Assembly (NCBI GenBank): GCA_002425705.1
Contig: DIMT01000001.1
Coordinates: 46,221-110,220 of the forward strand
From: Firmicutes bacterium UBA5559
GTDB lineage: Bacteria > Bacillota > Clostridia > Peptostreptococcales > Anaerovoracaceae
Direction of reading: 5' to 3'
DNA: 64,000 nt
The notes below the pieces were generated by a model. It worked only from the letters and a program-made list of their open reading frames with translations. It was not told the origin of the DNA and ran no database searches. A program made the position numbers and the translations under genes. Position 1 is the stretch's first letter, and every line of letters begins with the position of its first letter. This document shows, one piece after another, positions 34,813 to 44,332 of this stretch.

Positions 34813-34862
34813 GTTCGGGAACCGGCGTGGCCGGAAATTGTTGGAATAAAGGAGAATGAACC

Positions 34863-36161
34863 ATGATTTGGAATGAGCCGAAAGAATGTATGAGCAGGGA
34901 TGAGCGGACGGCAGAGCAGAGCCAGCGTCTGAAAGAGACAGTGAACCGGGTCTATCATAATGTGGCCTTTTATCGGAAAAAGATGCAGGAACTGGGCCTG
35001 GAACCGGGAGACATCAAAGGCATCGAAGACATCCATAAGCTGCCCTTTACTACCAAGAATGATCTGCGGGAAAACTACCCCTTCGGATTGTTTGCTGTGC
35101 CCAAAAGCGAAATCGTCCGGGTCCACGCCTCCTCCGGCACCACCGGAAAGCCCATCGTGGTAGGATACACCCGAAAAGACATCGACCTGTTCTCTGAAGT
35201 AGTAGCCAGAGCCTATTGCTGCGCTGGTGCTACCAAAGACGACATCGTCCAGATCGCCTATGGCTATGGCCTATTCACCGGTGGCCTGGGGATGCATTAC
35301 GGTGCAGAAAAGCTGGGGGCAGCAGTGGTTCCCATCTCTGGAGGCAATACGGAAAAGCAGCTGGCCCTGATGCAGGATTTCGGCAGTACGATTCTGGCCT
35401 GCACCCCCTCCTATGCGGCCTTCCTTTCAGAAGCCATCGAAGAAGCGGGAATCGATAAAAACCAGCTTCAGCTGAAAGCCGGTATCTTCGGGGCAGAACC
35501 CTGGAGCAACGAGATGAGGGCCAAGATCGAAGAGGGCTTAGGCATCACCGCCTATGACATCTACGGACTCAGTGAGATCATCGGACCGGGCGTCTCCTGC
35601 AGCTGTTATGTTCAGGAGGGACTCCACGTGGCGGAGGATCATTTCTATCCAGAGATCCTGGATCCGGAAACCCTGAAGGCAGTCACCCCGGGCACCACCG
35701 GCGAACTGGTCTTCACCACCATTACCAAGGAAGGCATGCCCCTGCTCCGGTACCGGACCCGGGATCTGGCCAGCCTCAATTACGATGCCTGCGCTTGCGG
35801 GCGGACCAATGTGCGGATGTCCAAGATTCAGGGACGTTCCGACGATATGCTCATTATTCGGGGGGTCAATGTATTCCCCTCCCAGGTGGAAAGCGCTCTC
35901 CTGGAAATCGAAGAAGCCAAACCCCATTACATGCTGATCGTAGACCGGGTGGGAACCATGGACACCCTGGAGATTCAGGTTGAAATCGATGATAGATATT
36001 TCAGCGATGAAATGGTAGAATTAAATAAAGTGCGGCAGAAAATCAAACACAAGGTGGAAAGTATTCTGGGAATCAGCGTCAACATCAACCTGGTGGAGCA
36101 CAAAACCATTGCAAGAAGCGAAGGAAAAGCCAAGAGAGTCATCGATAGGCGAAAGATATAG
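34863..36161 (+). CDS. paaK: Phenylacetate-CoA ligase family, copy 2 (T-box controlled)
   Basis: 432 aa with HASSGTTGKPIVVGYT, YGLSEIIGPGV, RYRTRD, and GRSDDMLIIRGVNVFPSQVE. By eye it is about half identical to copy 1. Confidence 0.85.
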   Translation: MIWNEPKECMSRDERTAEQSQRLKETVNRVYHNVAFYRKKMQELGLEPGDIKGIEDIHKLPFTTKNDLRENYPFGLFAVPKSEIVRVHASSGTTGKPIVVGYTRKDIDLFSEVVARAYCCAGATKDDIVQIAYGYGLFTGGLGMHYGAEKLGAAVVPISGGNTEKQLALMQDFGSTILACTPSYAAFLSEAIEEAGIDKNQLQLKAGIFGAEPWSNEMRAKIEEGLGITAYDIYGLSEIIGPGVSCSCYVQEGLHVAEDHFYPEILDPETLKAVTPGTTGELVFTTITKEGMPLLRYRTRDLASLNYDACACGRTNVRMSKIQGRSDDMLIIRGVNVFPSQVESALLEIEEAKPHYMLIVDRVGTMDTLEIQVEIDDRYFSDEMVELNKVRQKIKHKVESILGISVNINLVEHKTIARSEGKAKRVIDRRKI

Positions 36162-36176
36162 GGGAGGACGAAACCT

Positions 36177-36575
36177 ATGATAATCAAGCAACTGACGGTT
36201 TTTTTACAGAACGACATCGGCAGGCTGGAAGAACTGACCAGAATTTTAGGCGAGAATGATATCAACATATCCGCCCTCAGCGTGGCAGAAACCGAAACCT
36301 ACGGTATCATGCGGATGATTGTCAGCGACATCGACAAGGCCATGGATGTCCTCAAAGATGCCGAATTCACGGTCAAAACCACCGATGTCCTTTCCCTCCA
36401 GTGCCCCGATATCCCGGGAGCCCTCCATCGAGCACTCCTGGTTCTCAGTGGTGCCGGGATCAGCATCCGGTACATGTACGGCTATTCCGATGCCGGAATC
36501 GCCCGACTTATCCTCAAGATCTCAGACCCGGAAAAAGGCCGGGAATTGTTGGAAAATCACTTGCAATCCTGCTAA
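36177..36575 (+). CDS. ACT domain-containing protein, copy 2
   Basis: 132 aa. LTVFLQNDIGRLEELTRILGENDINISALSV plus a second ACT-like half. Confidence 0.75.
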   Translation: MIIKQLTVFLQNDIGRLEELTRILGENDINISALSVAETETYGIMRMIVSDIDKAMDVLKDAEFTVKTTDVLSLQCPDIPGALHRALLVLSGAGISIRYMYGYSDAGIARLILKISDPEKGRELLENHLQSC

Positions 36576-36617
36576 AACTGTGGTATTGTATAGAGGAAGT
36601 TAATTTTCGGAAAGCAA

Positions 36618-36649
36618 AAAGAGTGGGCAAGCCCACTCTTTCACTTTTG
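36618..36649 (+). terminator. Rho-independent terminator after the paaK2-ACT2 operon
   Basis: AAAGAGTGGG-CAAG-CCCACTCTTT stem followed by CACTTTTG. Confidence 0.75.
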
Positions 36650-36704
36650 TTAGCAGGAAATTAATTAAATAAGTATTTAAAAATTGGTTTAAGCAGGTGT
36701 TAAA

Positions 36705-37187
36705 ATGGCAAAGAAAAAGATCACGGAAGTGGTAGAAGAGCTGCTTTCCAGCTATTTGGAAGAGCAGGGCATGGAGCTCTACAATGTGGAGTTCGTCAAG
36801 GAAGCAAAGGACTGGTTCCTTCGGGTATTCATCGATAAATTATCCGGAGAGGCAGAGGAACAATATATCAGTACCGATGACTGCGAAGGGGTCAGTCGAT
36901 ATCTGAGCGAAAAGCTGGATGAAGTGGACCCCATCGAACAGAATTATTACCTGGAGGTTTCCTCCCCCGGACTGGACCGAACCCTTCTCCGGGAAAAAGA
37001 CTTCCTTCGATTCGCCGGACATCCGGTGGAGGTCAGCCTTTACAAAGGGATTGACGGAAAGAAGCACTATACCGGGGAACTGGTAGGTTGGCAGGACGGA
37101 AACCTGGTCCTGATCGGAGAAAAGGGCGAGACCCTTTCCTTCCCGGAAGAGGCAGTGGCAAAAACCAAATTATTGGTGATATTTTAG
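36705..37187 (+). CDS. rimP: Ribosome maturation factor RimP
   Basis: 160 aa with LEVSSPGLDRTL. It is located before nusA. Confidence 0.9.
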   Translation: MAKKKITEVVEELLSSYLEEQGMELYNVEFVKEAKDWFLRVFIDKLSGEAEEQYISTDDCEGVSRYLSEKLDEVDPIEQNYYLEVSSPGLDRTLLREKDFLRFAGHPVEVSLYKGIDGKKHYTGELVGWQDGNLVLIGEKGETLSFPEEAVAKTKLLVIF

Positions 37188-37206
37188 AGGAGGAATTAGT
37201 CGGAAA

Positions 37207-38349
37207 ATGAATAAAGAGTTTATCAAAGCAATTGAGGAGCTGGAAAAGGAAAAACAGATTTCCAAGGATATCCTGATTGAAGCCATCGAACTGGCCCTGG
37301 TCTCCGCTTATAAAAAGAATTATGGCACCGCTCAGAACGTCCGGGTCGTCATCGACCGGGAACAGGGAGACATCGATGTCTTCATGAAGCGGGACGTGGT
37401 GGAAGAGGTGGAGGACGATCTGATGGAAATTTCCATCGAGGATGCCCTGGAAATAGACCCCCGTTACAAGGTGGGAGACGCTATCGAGTATCAGGTCACA
37501 CCCCGGGATTTCGGCCGTATTGCTGCCCAGACTGCGAAGCAGGTAGTCGTCCAGCGGATTCGGGAAGCGGAACGGGGCATGATCTTCGACGACTATATCA
37601 CCCGTCAGGGAGAACTGATTACCGGAGTGGTTCAGCGAATCAGCAACGAGACTGTCTTCATCAACATGGGACGGGCAGAAGGTATTCTGGCGGCAACCGA
37701 ACAGGTTCCCGGCGAAACCTACACCGTCAACAACCGGCTGAAGGTCTTCATCATGGATGTGAAAAAGACCACCAAAGGCCCTCAGGTCTATTTGTCCAGG
37801 TCCCATCCGGGTCTGGTCAAGCGGCTCTTCGAACTGGAGGTTCCGGAAATTCAGGATGGAACCGTTGAAATCAGAAGCATCTCCCGGGAAGCGGGCTCCA
37901 GAACCAAGATTGCGGTACTGGCCAGAGATGAAAACGTGGATCCGGTAGGAGCCTGCGTCGGTCCCAGAGGTACTCGGGTGCAGGCCGTGGTGGATGAAAT
38001 CTTCGGAGAAAAGATCGACATCATCACCTGGAGCGATGATCCGGAAAAGCTGATCAGCAGCGCTCTTTCCCCGGCCAAGGTTGAAAAAGTCATCATCGGC
38101 GGTGATGATAAATCGGCGGTGGTGGTGGTCCCCGACTATCAGCTTTCCCTGGCCATCGGCAAGGAAGGTCAGAACGTCCGGCTGGCAGCCAAGCTCTGCA
38201 ACTGGAAGATCGACATCAAGAGCCACACCCAGTACTACGACAATGAAGCCCTTCTGCAGCAGGAATACGACGACGAAGAGTACCCGGAAGAGTACGACGA
38301 ATCTCTCGAATCGGAAATCGTAGAAATGACTGAAGAAGCAGAAGAATAG
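37207..38349 (+). CDS. nusA: Transcription termination/antitermination factor NusA
   Basis: NusA N-domain, S1 (GELITGVVQR), and KH1/KH2 (ACVGPRGTRVQAV, LAIGKEGQNVRLAAKL). The C-terminal tail is acidic. Confidence 0.97.
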   Translation: MNKEFIKAIEELEKEKQISKDILIEAIELALVSAYKKNYGTAQNVRVVIDREQGDIDVFMKRDVVEEVEDDLMEISIEDALEIDPRYKVGDAIEYQVTPRDFGRIAAQTAKQVVVQRIREAERGMIFDDYITRQGELITGVVQRISNETVFINMGRAEGILAATEQVPGETYTVNNRLKVFIMDVKKTTKGPQVYLSRSHPGLVKRLFELEVPEIQDGTVEIRSISREAGSRTKIAVLARDENVDPVGACVGPRGTRVQAVVDEIFGEKIDIITWSDDPEKLISSALSPAKVEKVIIGGDDKSAVVVVPDYQLSLAIGKEGQNVRLAAKLCNWKIDIKSHTQYYDNEALLQQEYDDEEYPEEYDESLESEIVEMTEEAEE

Positions 38350-38370
38350 AGAAGAATAGGAGCGATACCA

Positions 38371-38658
38371 TTGAAAACAAAAGCCAGACCGATGCGTCGC
38401 TGTGTGGGATGCATGGAATCAAAGGAAAAAAATCAGCTGATCCGGGTGGCCGGATACGAAGGCCAGGTAACCATTGATCCCACCGGAAAAGCGAAAGGCC
38501 GGGGAGTTTATCTTTGTCCCGACCTCCAATGTTTTGAAAAAGCTCAGAAAAAGAAAGCCATCGGCAGGAATCTGGAGATGGAACTGACGGGAGAACAGGT
38601 TACAAAGCTATTTGAAGACCTGAAACAATATATCAACAACACAGAAGCGAAAGAATAA
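38371..38658 (+). CDS. ylxR: YlxR/RnpM family RNA-binding protein (DUF448)
   Basis: RRCVGCMESKEKNQLIRV...GRGVYLCP. Confidence 0.9.
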   Translation: MKTKARPMRRCVGCMESKEKNQLIRVAGYEGQVTIDPTGKAKGRGVYLCPDLQCFEKAQKKKAIGRNLEMELTGEQVTKLFEDLKQYINNTEAKE

Positions 38659-38670
38659 AAAGCGAGACTT

Positions 38671-38997
38671 ATGAGAAGCAAATTGGAAAGTTACCTGGGA
38701 TTTGCCAAGAAATCCAGAAATCTGATCAGCGGCACCAACACCTGTCTTCACGGGATGAACCAGGGAAAGGTCCGGCTGCTGATCCTGGCCGAGGATCTGG
38801 CAGAAAACACCATGGAAAAACTGAAGAAGGCAGCGGAGGATAGAGAGATCGATTACCGGATCATCGGAACCATGGCTGATCTGTCCCGGATATTGGGATA
38901 TGAAGAGCGGGGTGTATTCGGAATCACCGATAAAAATTTTGCAGATGTAATCAGTAAGGAGATTGACGACAAGTCAGTACGTACAGAAGGGAGGTAG
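38671..38997 (+). CDS. ylxQ: L7Ae-family ribosomal-like protein YlxQ
   Basis: 108 aa with [13 protein letters not shown] and [11 protein letters not shown]. It is located between ylxR and infB. Confidence 0.85.
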   Translation: MRSKLESYLGFAKKSRNLISGTNTCLHGMNQGKVRLLILAEDLAENTMEKLKKAAEDREIDYRIIGTMADLSRILGYEERGVFGITDKNFADVISKEIDDKSVRTEGR

Positions 38998-39001
38998 TTC
39001 A

Positions 39002-41881
39002 ATGACTATAAAAATCCATGAATTAGCCAAAGAATTAAACATGAATAGCAAGGATCTGGTTGAAAAAGTCCATTCCATGGGCATAGAAGCAAAGAGTCAT
39101 ATGAGCGTACTATCTGAAATAGAGGCAACCGCCGTGAAAAACACCGTTTTACGAAACAGGGCGGCAGCCGAAACAAAAATCGTTAAGGTGGCACCGAAAA
39201 AGGTGGAAAAAAACCCGGACGAAGAGGAACCGAAGATCGTGGTCAAGGCTGCGGTAATTCCGCCTCAGCCCCAGCACCATAAAAATACAAGGCCCCAGCA
39301 GTCCCGGGAGGATCGGCCCGTAGCCCGTCCCCCTATGGGCAAGCCAGTGATTTCCAAGGAACTGGATCAGCGGTCTCCCAAGCCCCCCATGGGCAAGCCG
39401 GTAGTACCCCAGGATCTGGAAAGCCGAACGGTTCCCAAACCGGCTCACTCTGCGCCCAAACCGGTTGAAGCATCAGCACAGGCAGCTCCTGCTGTTCCTG
39501 GGGAAGGTGCAAGACCAGCAGCAGAAGCGCCAAGACCGGTGGCAGATGCACCCCGTCCGGATCAGAGAACGGGGGACCGGCCTGCACCAAGACCGGATCA
39601 AAGGCCGGGAGATCGTCCCGCACCAAGACCGGATCAAAGGCCCGGCGACCGGCCTGCACCAAGGCCGGATCAGAGAACCGGAGATCGTCCCGCACCCCGT
39701 CCGGATCAAAGGCCCGGCGACCGGCCGGCCAGACCGGGTGACCGGCCACAGCGTCCGGGTGACCGGCCCACCGGCAGCAGACCTGGCGACCGGCCTCAGA
39801 GACCGGGAGATCGCCCCACTGGTGGCAGACCCGGAGATAGGCCCACCGGCGGCAGACCTGGAGATCGTCCCACTGGAGGACGCCCGGGAGAACGACCTGC
39901 TGGCGGAAAACCGGCTGGAGTCCCTCCAGCAGCCAAACCGGTCACGGCAGATAAACGAACTGAAAAAGAGAAAGAACGGGATAAATTCGCCAAACTGGAA
40001 AGTGGCAAAGGCAAGAAGGCACCCTTCGTACAAAAGTCACTGGAAAAGGCAGCCAAGCCCAAGAAACATCAGTCAAAGCCAAAGCAGATAGAGGAAGAAA
40101 CAACGATAAATATGGAAGAATTACCAGTAGGAACAAAGGTGATCAACGTACCCATCACCGTAGCAGGCTTTTGCGAGCAGGCTGAAATTTCAACATCCAG
40201 CGTTATCATGAAGTTGATGAAGCTGGGCATCATGGCCAATATCAACCAGACTATCGACGAGGATACGGTTATGATCCTGGCAGAAGAACTGGGCATCGAC
40301 GTAGTAGTCGGTCGAGTCTTTGAATGCGAAGTAGAAGAAGGCATCGAATGTTTCGAAGATAAGCTTGAAGACCTGAAACCCAGATCCCCCATCATTACGG
40401 TTATGGGACACGTTGACCACGGAAAGACCTCCTTGCTGGATGCCATCCGTAAGACCAACGTTACCGCTTCCGAATCCGGCGGCATTACCCAGCACATTGG
40501 TGCTTCAGAAGTCACCATCAACGGCAACAAGATCGTGTTCCTGGACACACCGGGACATGAAGCCTTTACGGCTATGCGTGCCCGAGGGGCCCATGTGACG
40601 GACATCGCCGTATTGGTGGTCGCAGCCGATGACAGCGTCAAGCCTCAGACTATTGAATCCATCAGCCACGCCCGAGCGGCAGGAGTGCCTATCATCGTGG
40701 CCATGAATAAAATCGACAAGCCGGCAGCGGATCCGGACAAGGTGAAAAAAGACCTGGCCGACCACGGACTTCTGGTGGAAGAGTGGGGCGGAGATATCAT
40801 CTGTGTACCCGTATCCGCCAAGACCGGTGACGGAATCACCAACTTGCTGGAAATGATCCTGCTCCAGGCAGAAATGATGCAGCTTCAGGCCAATCCTAAC
40901 CGACTGGCTTCCGGAACGGTCATCGAAGCCCGGGTAGACAAGAGCAAAGGAACCGTGGCAACCCTGCTGGTACTCAACGGGACTCTCCTGTCCGGCCAGA
41001 GCGTGGTAGCCGGAACCAGCAGTGGTAAGATTCGTCTCATGACCAACTTCAAGGGGGATACCATCCGAAAAGCCGGACCGGCTACAGCCGTGGAAATCCT
41101 TGGATTGGCCGAAGTTCCGGAAGCCGGAGACGTCTTCAATGCGGTCAAGGAAGACCGAATGGCCAGAGAAATCGCTGAAAATAGAAGAAACAAGCTGCGG
41201 GAAGAAGTATTCGCCAAGAATGCCAGCAGCACCCTGGAACAGCTGTTCAGTCAGCTCCAGGAAGGGGAAGTCAAGGAACTGAACTTGATCATCAAGGGAG
41301 ACGTACAGGGTTCCGTGGGAGCGCTGGAAGCATCCCTGGAAAAACTGAAAAATGAAAATGTACGGGTGAAGATCATCCATTCCGGCGTCGGTACGGTTAC
41401 CGAATCCGACGTCATGCTGGCCGGAACCTCCGGAGCCATCATCATCGGCTTCAACGTAAGGCCCAGCACTGCGGTAAGCCAGATGGCCGAGCGGGAGGGC
41501 GTGGAAATCCGATTATACCGGGTCATCTACAACGTCATTGAAGAAATCGAAGCCGCCATGAAGGGCATGCTGGACCCCATCTACAAAGAAGTGGTCCTGG
41601 GCAAGGCTGAAGTTCGGGAAACCTTCAAGGTTCCCGGAGCCGGAACCATTGCCGGTGCTTATATCATCGAGGGAAAAGTCCTTCGAAACGCCGAAATCCG
41701 ATTGGTTCGGGATGGTATCGTCATCCACGAAGGAAAGATTTCATCCCTGAAGCGATTCAAGGATGATGCCAAGGAAGTCCTCAAGGGATTTGAATGCGGC
41801 ATCGGCATCGAAAGCTACAACGACCTCAAGGAAGGCGATATCATCGAATGCTTCCATATGGTGGAAACAGAAAGAAAATAA
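39002..41881 (+). CDS. infB: Translation initiation factor IF-2
   Basis: ATG 39002 follows [30 protein letters not shown]-domain motifs [12 protein letters not shown] / DTPGHEAF / NKID, and the C2 domain are present. The N-terminal region is Pro/Arg-rich and repetitive. Confidence 0.97.
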   Translation: MTIKIHELAKELNMNSKDLVEKVHSMGIEAKSHMSVLSEIEATAVKNTVLRNRAAAETKIVKVAPKKVEKNPDEEEPKIVVKAAVIPPQPQHHKNTRPQQSREDRPVARPPMGKPVISKELDQRSPKPPMGKPVVPQDLESRTVPKPAHSAPKPVEASAQAAPAVPGEGARPAAEAPRPVADAPRPDQRTGDRPAPRPDQRPGDRPAPRPDQRPGDRPAPRPDQRTGDRPAPRPDQRPGDRPARPGDRPQRPGDRPTGSRPGDRPQRPGDRPTGGRPGDRPTGGRPGDRPTGGRPGERPAGGKPAGVPPAAKPVTADKRTEKEKERDKFAKLESGKGKKAPFVQKSLEKAAKPKKHQSKPKQIEEETTINMEELPVGTKVINVPITVAGFCEQAEISTSSVIMKLMKLGIMANINQTIDEDTVMILAEELGIDVVVGRVFECEVEEGIECFEDKLEDLKPRSPIITVMGHVDHGKTSLLDAIRKTNVTASESGGITQHIGASEVTINGNKIVFLDTPGHEAFTAMRARGAHVTDIAVLVVAADDSVKPQTIESISHARAAGVPIIVAMNKIDKPAADPDKVKKDLADHGLLVEEWGGDIICVPVSAKTGDGITNLLEMILLQAEMMQLQANPNRLASGTVIEARVDKSKGTVATLLVLNGTLLSGQSVVAGTSSGKIRLMTNFKGDTIRKAGPATAVEILGLAEVPEAGDVFNAVKEDRMAREIAENRRNKLREEVFAKNASSTLEQLFSQLQEGEVKELNLIIKGDVQGSVGALEASLEKLKNENVRVKIIHSGVGTVTESDVMLAGTSGAIIIGFNVRPSTAVSQMAEREGVEIRLYRVIYNVIEEIEAAMKGMLDPIYKEVVLGKAEVRETFKVPGAGTIAGAYIIEGKVLRNAEIRLVRDGIVIHEGKISSLKRFKDDAKEVLKGFECGIGIESYNDLKEGDIIECFHMVETERK
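39557..39907 (+). repeat. In-frame tandem repeats in the IF-2 N-terminal region
   Basis: About 4.8 copies of a 36-nt unit encoding PDQR(T/P)GDRPAPR, followed by about 7 shorter RPGDRP(Q/TGG) units. Confidence 0.9.
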
Positions 41882-41896
41882 AGGTGGTGTCAACAA

Positions 41897-42346
41897 ATGG
41901 GTAAAGGATACAGACAGGGACGTTTGGGGGAAGAAATCCGGAAGATCATCAGTGAGCTTTTACTGAGAGAGCTGAAGGATCCCAGGCTGTCCGGGCTGGT
42001 GAGCATATCCGCTGTGGAGGTGACCTCTGACGGCAGCTATGCCACCGCCTATATTACCCTGCTGGGAAACCGGCCGGGTGAAGAAGCGTCCAATCAGGAA
42101 AAGGAAGATGCCTTGGAAGCTTTTAAAAGCGCCAAGGGGCTGATTCGGAGAGAAATCGGCCATCAGATCAAGCTGCGTCATGTGCCGGAGTTGATCTTTA
42201 AACTGGACACTTCTATGGAATACGGAAGACACATTGACAAGATCATCCATGATTTGGGCATACAGCCGGACCGTCCGGCAAAAGAGGAGACTGAGGATCA
42301 GGATTTAAATCTGGAATCAGACGAGGATGAGGGCGAGGATGACTAA
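41897..42346 (+). CDS. rbfA: Ribosome-binding factor A
   Basis: RLGEEIRKIISELL..LKDPRL and LRHVPELIFKLD. The C-terminal tail is acidic. Confidence 0.92.
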   Translation: MGKGYRQGRLGEEIRKIISELLLRELKDPRLSGLVSISAVEVTSDGSYATAYITLLGNRPGEEASNQEKEDALEAFKSAKGLIRREIGHQIKLRHVPELIFKLDTSMEYGRHIDKIIHDLGIQPDRPAKEETEDQDLNLESDEDEGEDD

Positions 42347-43328
42347 AAACGAATTAAAGCCGGAAATGGAAAAAATGGTTCGGGAAATTCTTAAGGCGGA
42401 AACCATCCTCCTGTTTCCTCATATCCATATGGATGGGGACTGTCTTGGCTCCTCTGCAGCTTTCTGCCGAGGACTGAGAAGCCTGGGCAAAATCTGCTGG
42501 GTGGTCATCGAGGACGAAATCCCGGCTAATCTGGAATTCCTCAACGGGGATATCTGCACCCAGGATCTGGAGTTAATTCAGGAGCCGGATATTTGTATGG
42601 CAGTAGATTGTGCAGAGATTCAGCGGTTCATCAACCGAAAGGACCTGTTCCTCAAGGGTAAGCTGACCATGTGCATCGACCATCATTCCACGGCGGTTCC
42701 TTTTACGACCTACAATTACATCGACCCTACGGCAGCAGCTACCGGGGAACTGGTCTATAAATTTCTGCTGGCCCTTGGAGTCACCCTGGACAAAGCTATG
42801 GGGGAAGCCCTTTATGCGGCCATCACCACGGATACCGGTAACTTCCAGTATTCCAATACTACCCGGGAGACCCATGAGATTGTTGCCAACCTTTATGATC
42901 TGGGCATCGAACATTCCAAGGTCAGCGTGGAAATCTATCAGAATATCCGGCTGGAAAAACTGCTCATGTTCAACCGATCCCTGGAATCCCTGCAGATGTA
43001 TGCCGACGGACGGATTGCCATTGTCAGCCTGAAACAGCAGGACCTGGATGATACGGGGGCTACGGTGGACGAAGCGGAGGGAATCGTAGAAGCGATTCGC
43101 AGCATCGGCAGCGTGGAAATCGCCGTGATTCTGAAAGAACTGAAGGATAAGAAGGTCAAAGTCAGCCTTCGGGCAAAAAACAACTTCAATGTGGCAAAGT
43201 TTGCAGCCCGATTCGGGGGCGGCGGCCATGTGAAGGCAGCTGGTTTTATCATGCATGAACCGATTGAACACTGCGGAGAAATTATTTCCCACGAGCTGAT
43301 GACCGAGCTGTTTCAGGAGACCTTATAG
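42339..43328 (+). CDS. nrnA: DHH/DHHA1 phosphoesterase NrnA (oligoribonuclease / pAp phosphatase)
   Basis: HIHMDGDCLGSS, MAVDCA, IDHH, TDTGNFQYSNT, and GGGHVKAAG. The alternative start at 42327 is 4 codons upstream. Confidence 0.85.
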   Translation: MTKNELKPEMEKMVREILKAETILLFPHIHMDGDCLGSSAAFCRGLRSLGKICWVVIEDEIPANLEFLNGDICTQDLELIQEPDICMAVDCAEIQRFINRKDLFLKGKLTMCIDHHSTAVPFTTYNYIDPTAAATGELVYKFLLALGVTLDKAMGEALYAAITTDTGNFQYSNTTRETHEIVANLYDLGIEHSKVSVEIYQNIRLEKLLMFNRSLESLQMYADGRIAIVSLKQQDLDDTGATVDEAEGIVEAIRSIGSVEIAVILKELKDKKVKVSLRAKNNFNVAKFAARFGGGGHVKAAGFIMHEPIEHCGEIISHELMTELFQETL

Positions 43329-43330
43329 CC

Positions 43331-44332
43331 ATGATCAACCGTGGAATCATCAACCTGAATAAACCGGAGGGCATGACCTCCCATGACTGCGTCAATCGGC
43401 TGAGGCGGCTGACCGGCGTTCGGCGGATCGGACATACGGGAACTCTGGATCCCATGGCTACCGGCGTCCTGCCTCTTTGCATCGGGACCTCCGCCCGGAT
43501 CTCCGAGTATCTGGATATGGACTTTAAAAAATACCGGTGCACTATGGTCCTGGGTCTGGAGACCGACACCCTGGATATCTGGGGAAAGGTCCTGTCCGAC
43601 ACCCGGGAGCAGCTCCTTTTAGATAAGGAAACGCTTTCCGGAGTCACGCTGGAAAAACTTCAAGAGATTAGCCGGGTATTTACTGGAAGGATCCGTCAGG
43701 TTCCCCCAAAATATTCGGCCCTGAAGGTCAACGGGAAGAAATTATATGAATACGCCCGGGCGGGGCAGGAAGTGGAGATCAAATCCAGGGAAATTACCAT
43801 AAAAGATATTACGGTAAACTCATGGGATTCTCATACTTTGACGGCAGCCTTTGACGTGACTTGCTCCAAGGGAACCTATGTACGGACCCTGTGCGTGGAT
43901 ATGGCAGAAAAACTTGGCTTTACCGCCGCCATGTCCTCCCTGATCCGTCTGGAAAGCGGAGCCTTCACCCTGGAAAATGCAGTCACTTTAGAGGAGCTGG
44001 CAGAAGCTGGGGACGATTTTACCCGGTATATCCTGCCCACGGATTTTCCCCTGATTCATTTTGGGGAATTCCTCATTCGGGACGACCGTGCTGTCTGGTT
44101 CATCACCGGCGGCCACATCAGCTTCCAGGAGGGAGAAATCCTTCAGGAACCGGAATACAAGGACAAGGAACCCCCCTTTCCCATACGGGAAGAATACCAG
44201 AAGGCCTATCGGATGATGGCTATGGTAAAGGGCAGGAAAAAGTTCCTGGGGGTGGCTTTTTATAACGATAAATACAAAAAATTAGTAGCGGACAAGATTT
44301 TTTTAAGGGGGCTTGAGGATGAGGATTTTTAA
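43331..44332 (+). CDS. truB: tRNA pseudouridine(55) synthase TruB
   Basis: GIINLNKPEGMTSHD, GHTGTLDPMATGVLPLCIG, and PPKYSALKVNGKKLYEYAR. Confidence 0.95.
   Translation: MINRGIINLNKPEGMTSHDCVNRLRRLTGVRRIGHTGTLDPMATGVLPLCIGTSARISEYLDMDFKKYRCTMVLGLETDTLDIWGKVLSDTREQLLLDKETLSGVTLEKLQEISRVFTGRIRQVPPKYSALKVNGKKLYEYARAGQEVEIKSREITIKDITVNSWDSHTLTAAFDVTCSKGTYVRTLCVDMAEKLGFTAAMSSLIRLESGAFTLENAVTLEELAEAGDDFTRYILPTDFPLIHFGEFLIRDDRAVWFITGGHISFQEGEILQEPEYKDKEPPFPIREEYQKAYRMMAMVKGRKKFLGVAFYNDKYKKLVADKIFLRGLEDEDF

Noticed and set aside
37033-38226. 397-aa ORF on the minus strand opposite nusA. There are similar long antisense ORFs opposite polC (22270..23217, 23758..24486), infB (40505..41380), rqcH (8632..9123 +), pnp and argJ.
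   Set aside because: They lie entirely inside strongly recognisable genes on the other strand, have no RBS, and have skewed low-complexity composition (Arg/Gly/Pro/His-rich). These are shadow ORFs of codon-biased, moderately GC-rich genes.
39465-40091. 208-aa (+) and 186-aa (-) ORFs, and the repeat array itself as a possible CRISPR or other repeat locus.
   Set aside because: They are alternative frames of the in-frame IF-2 Pro/Arg repeat region. The repeats are contiguous with no unique spacers and are translated as part of infB. This is not a CRISPR array.
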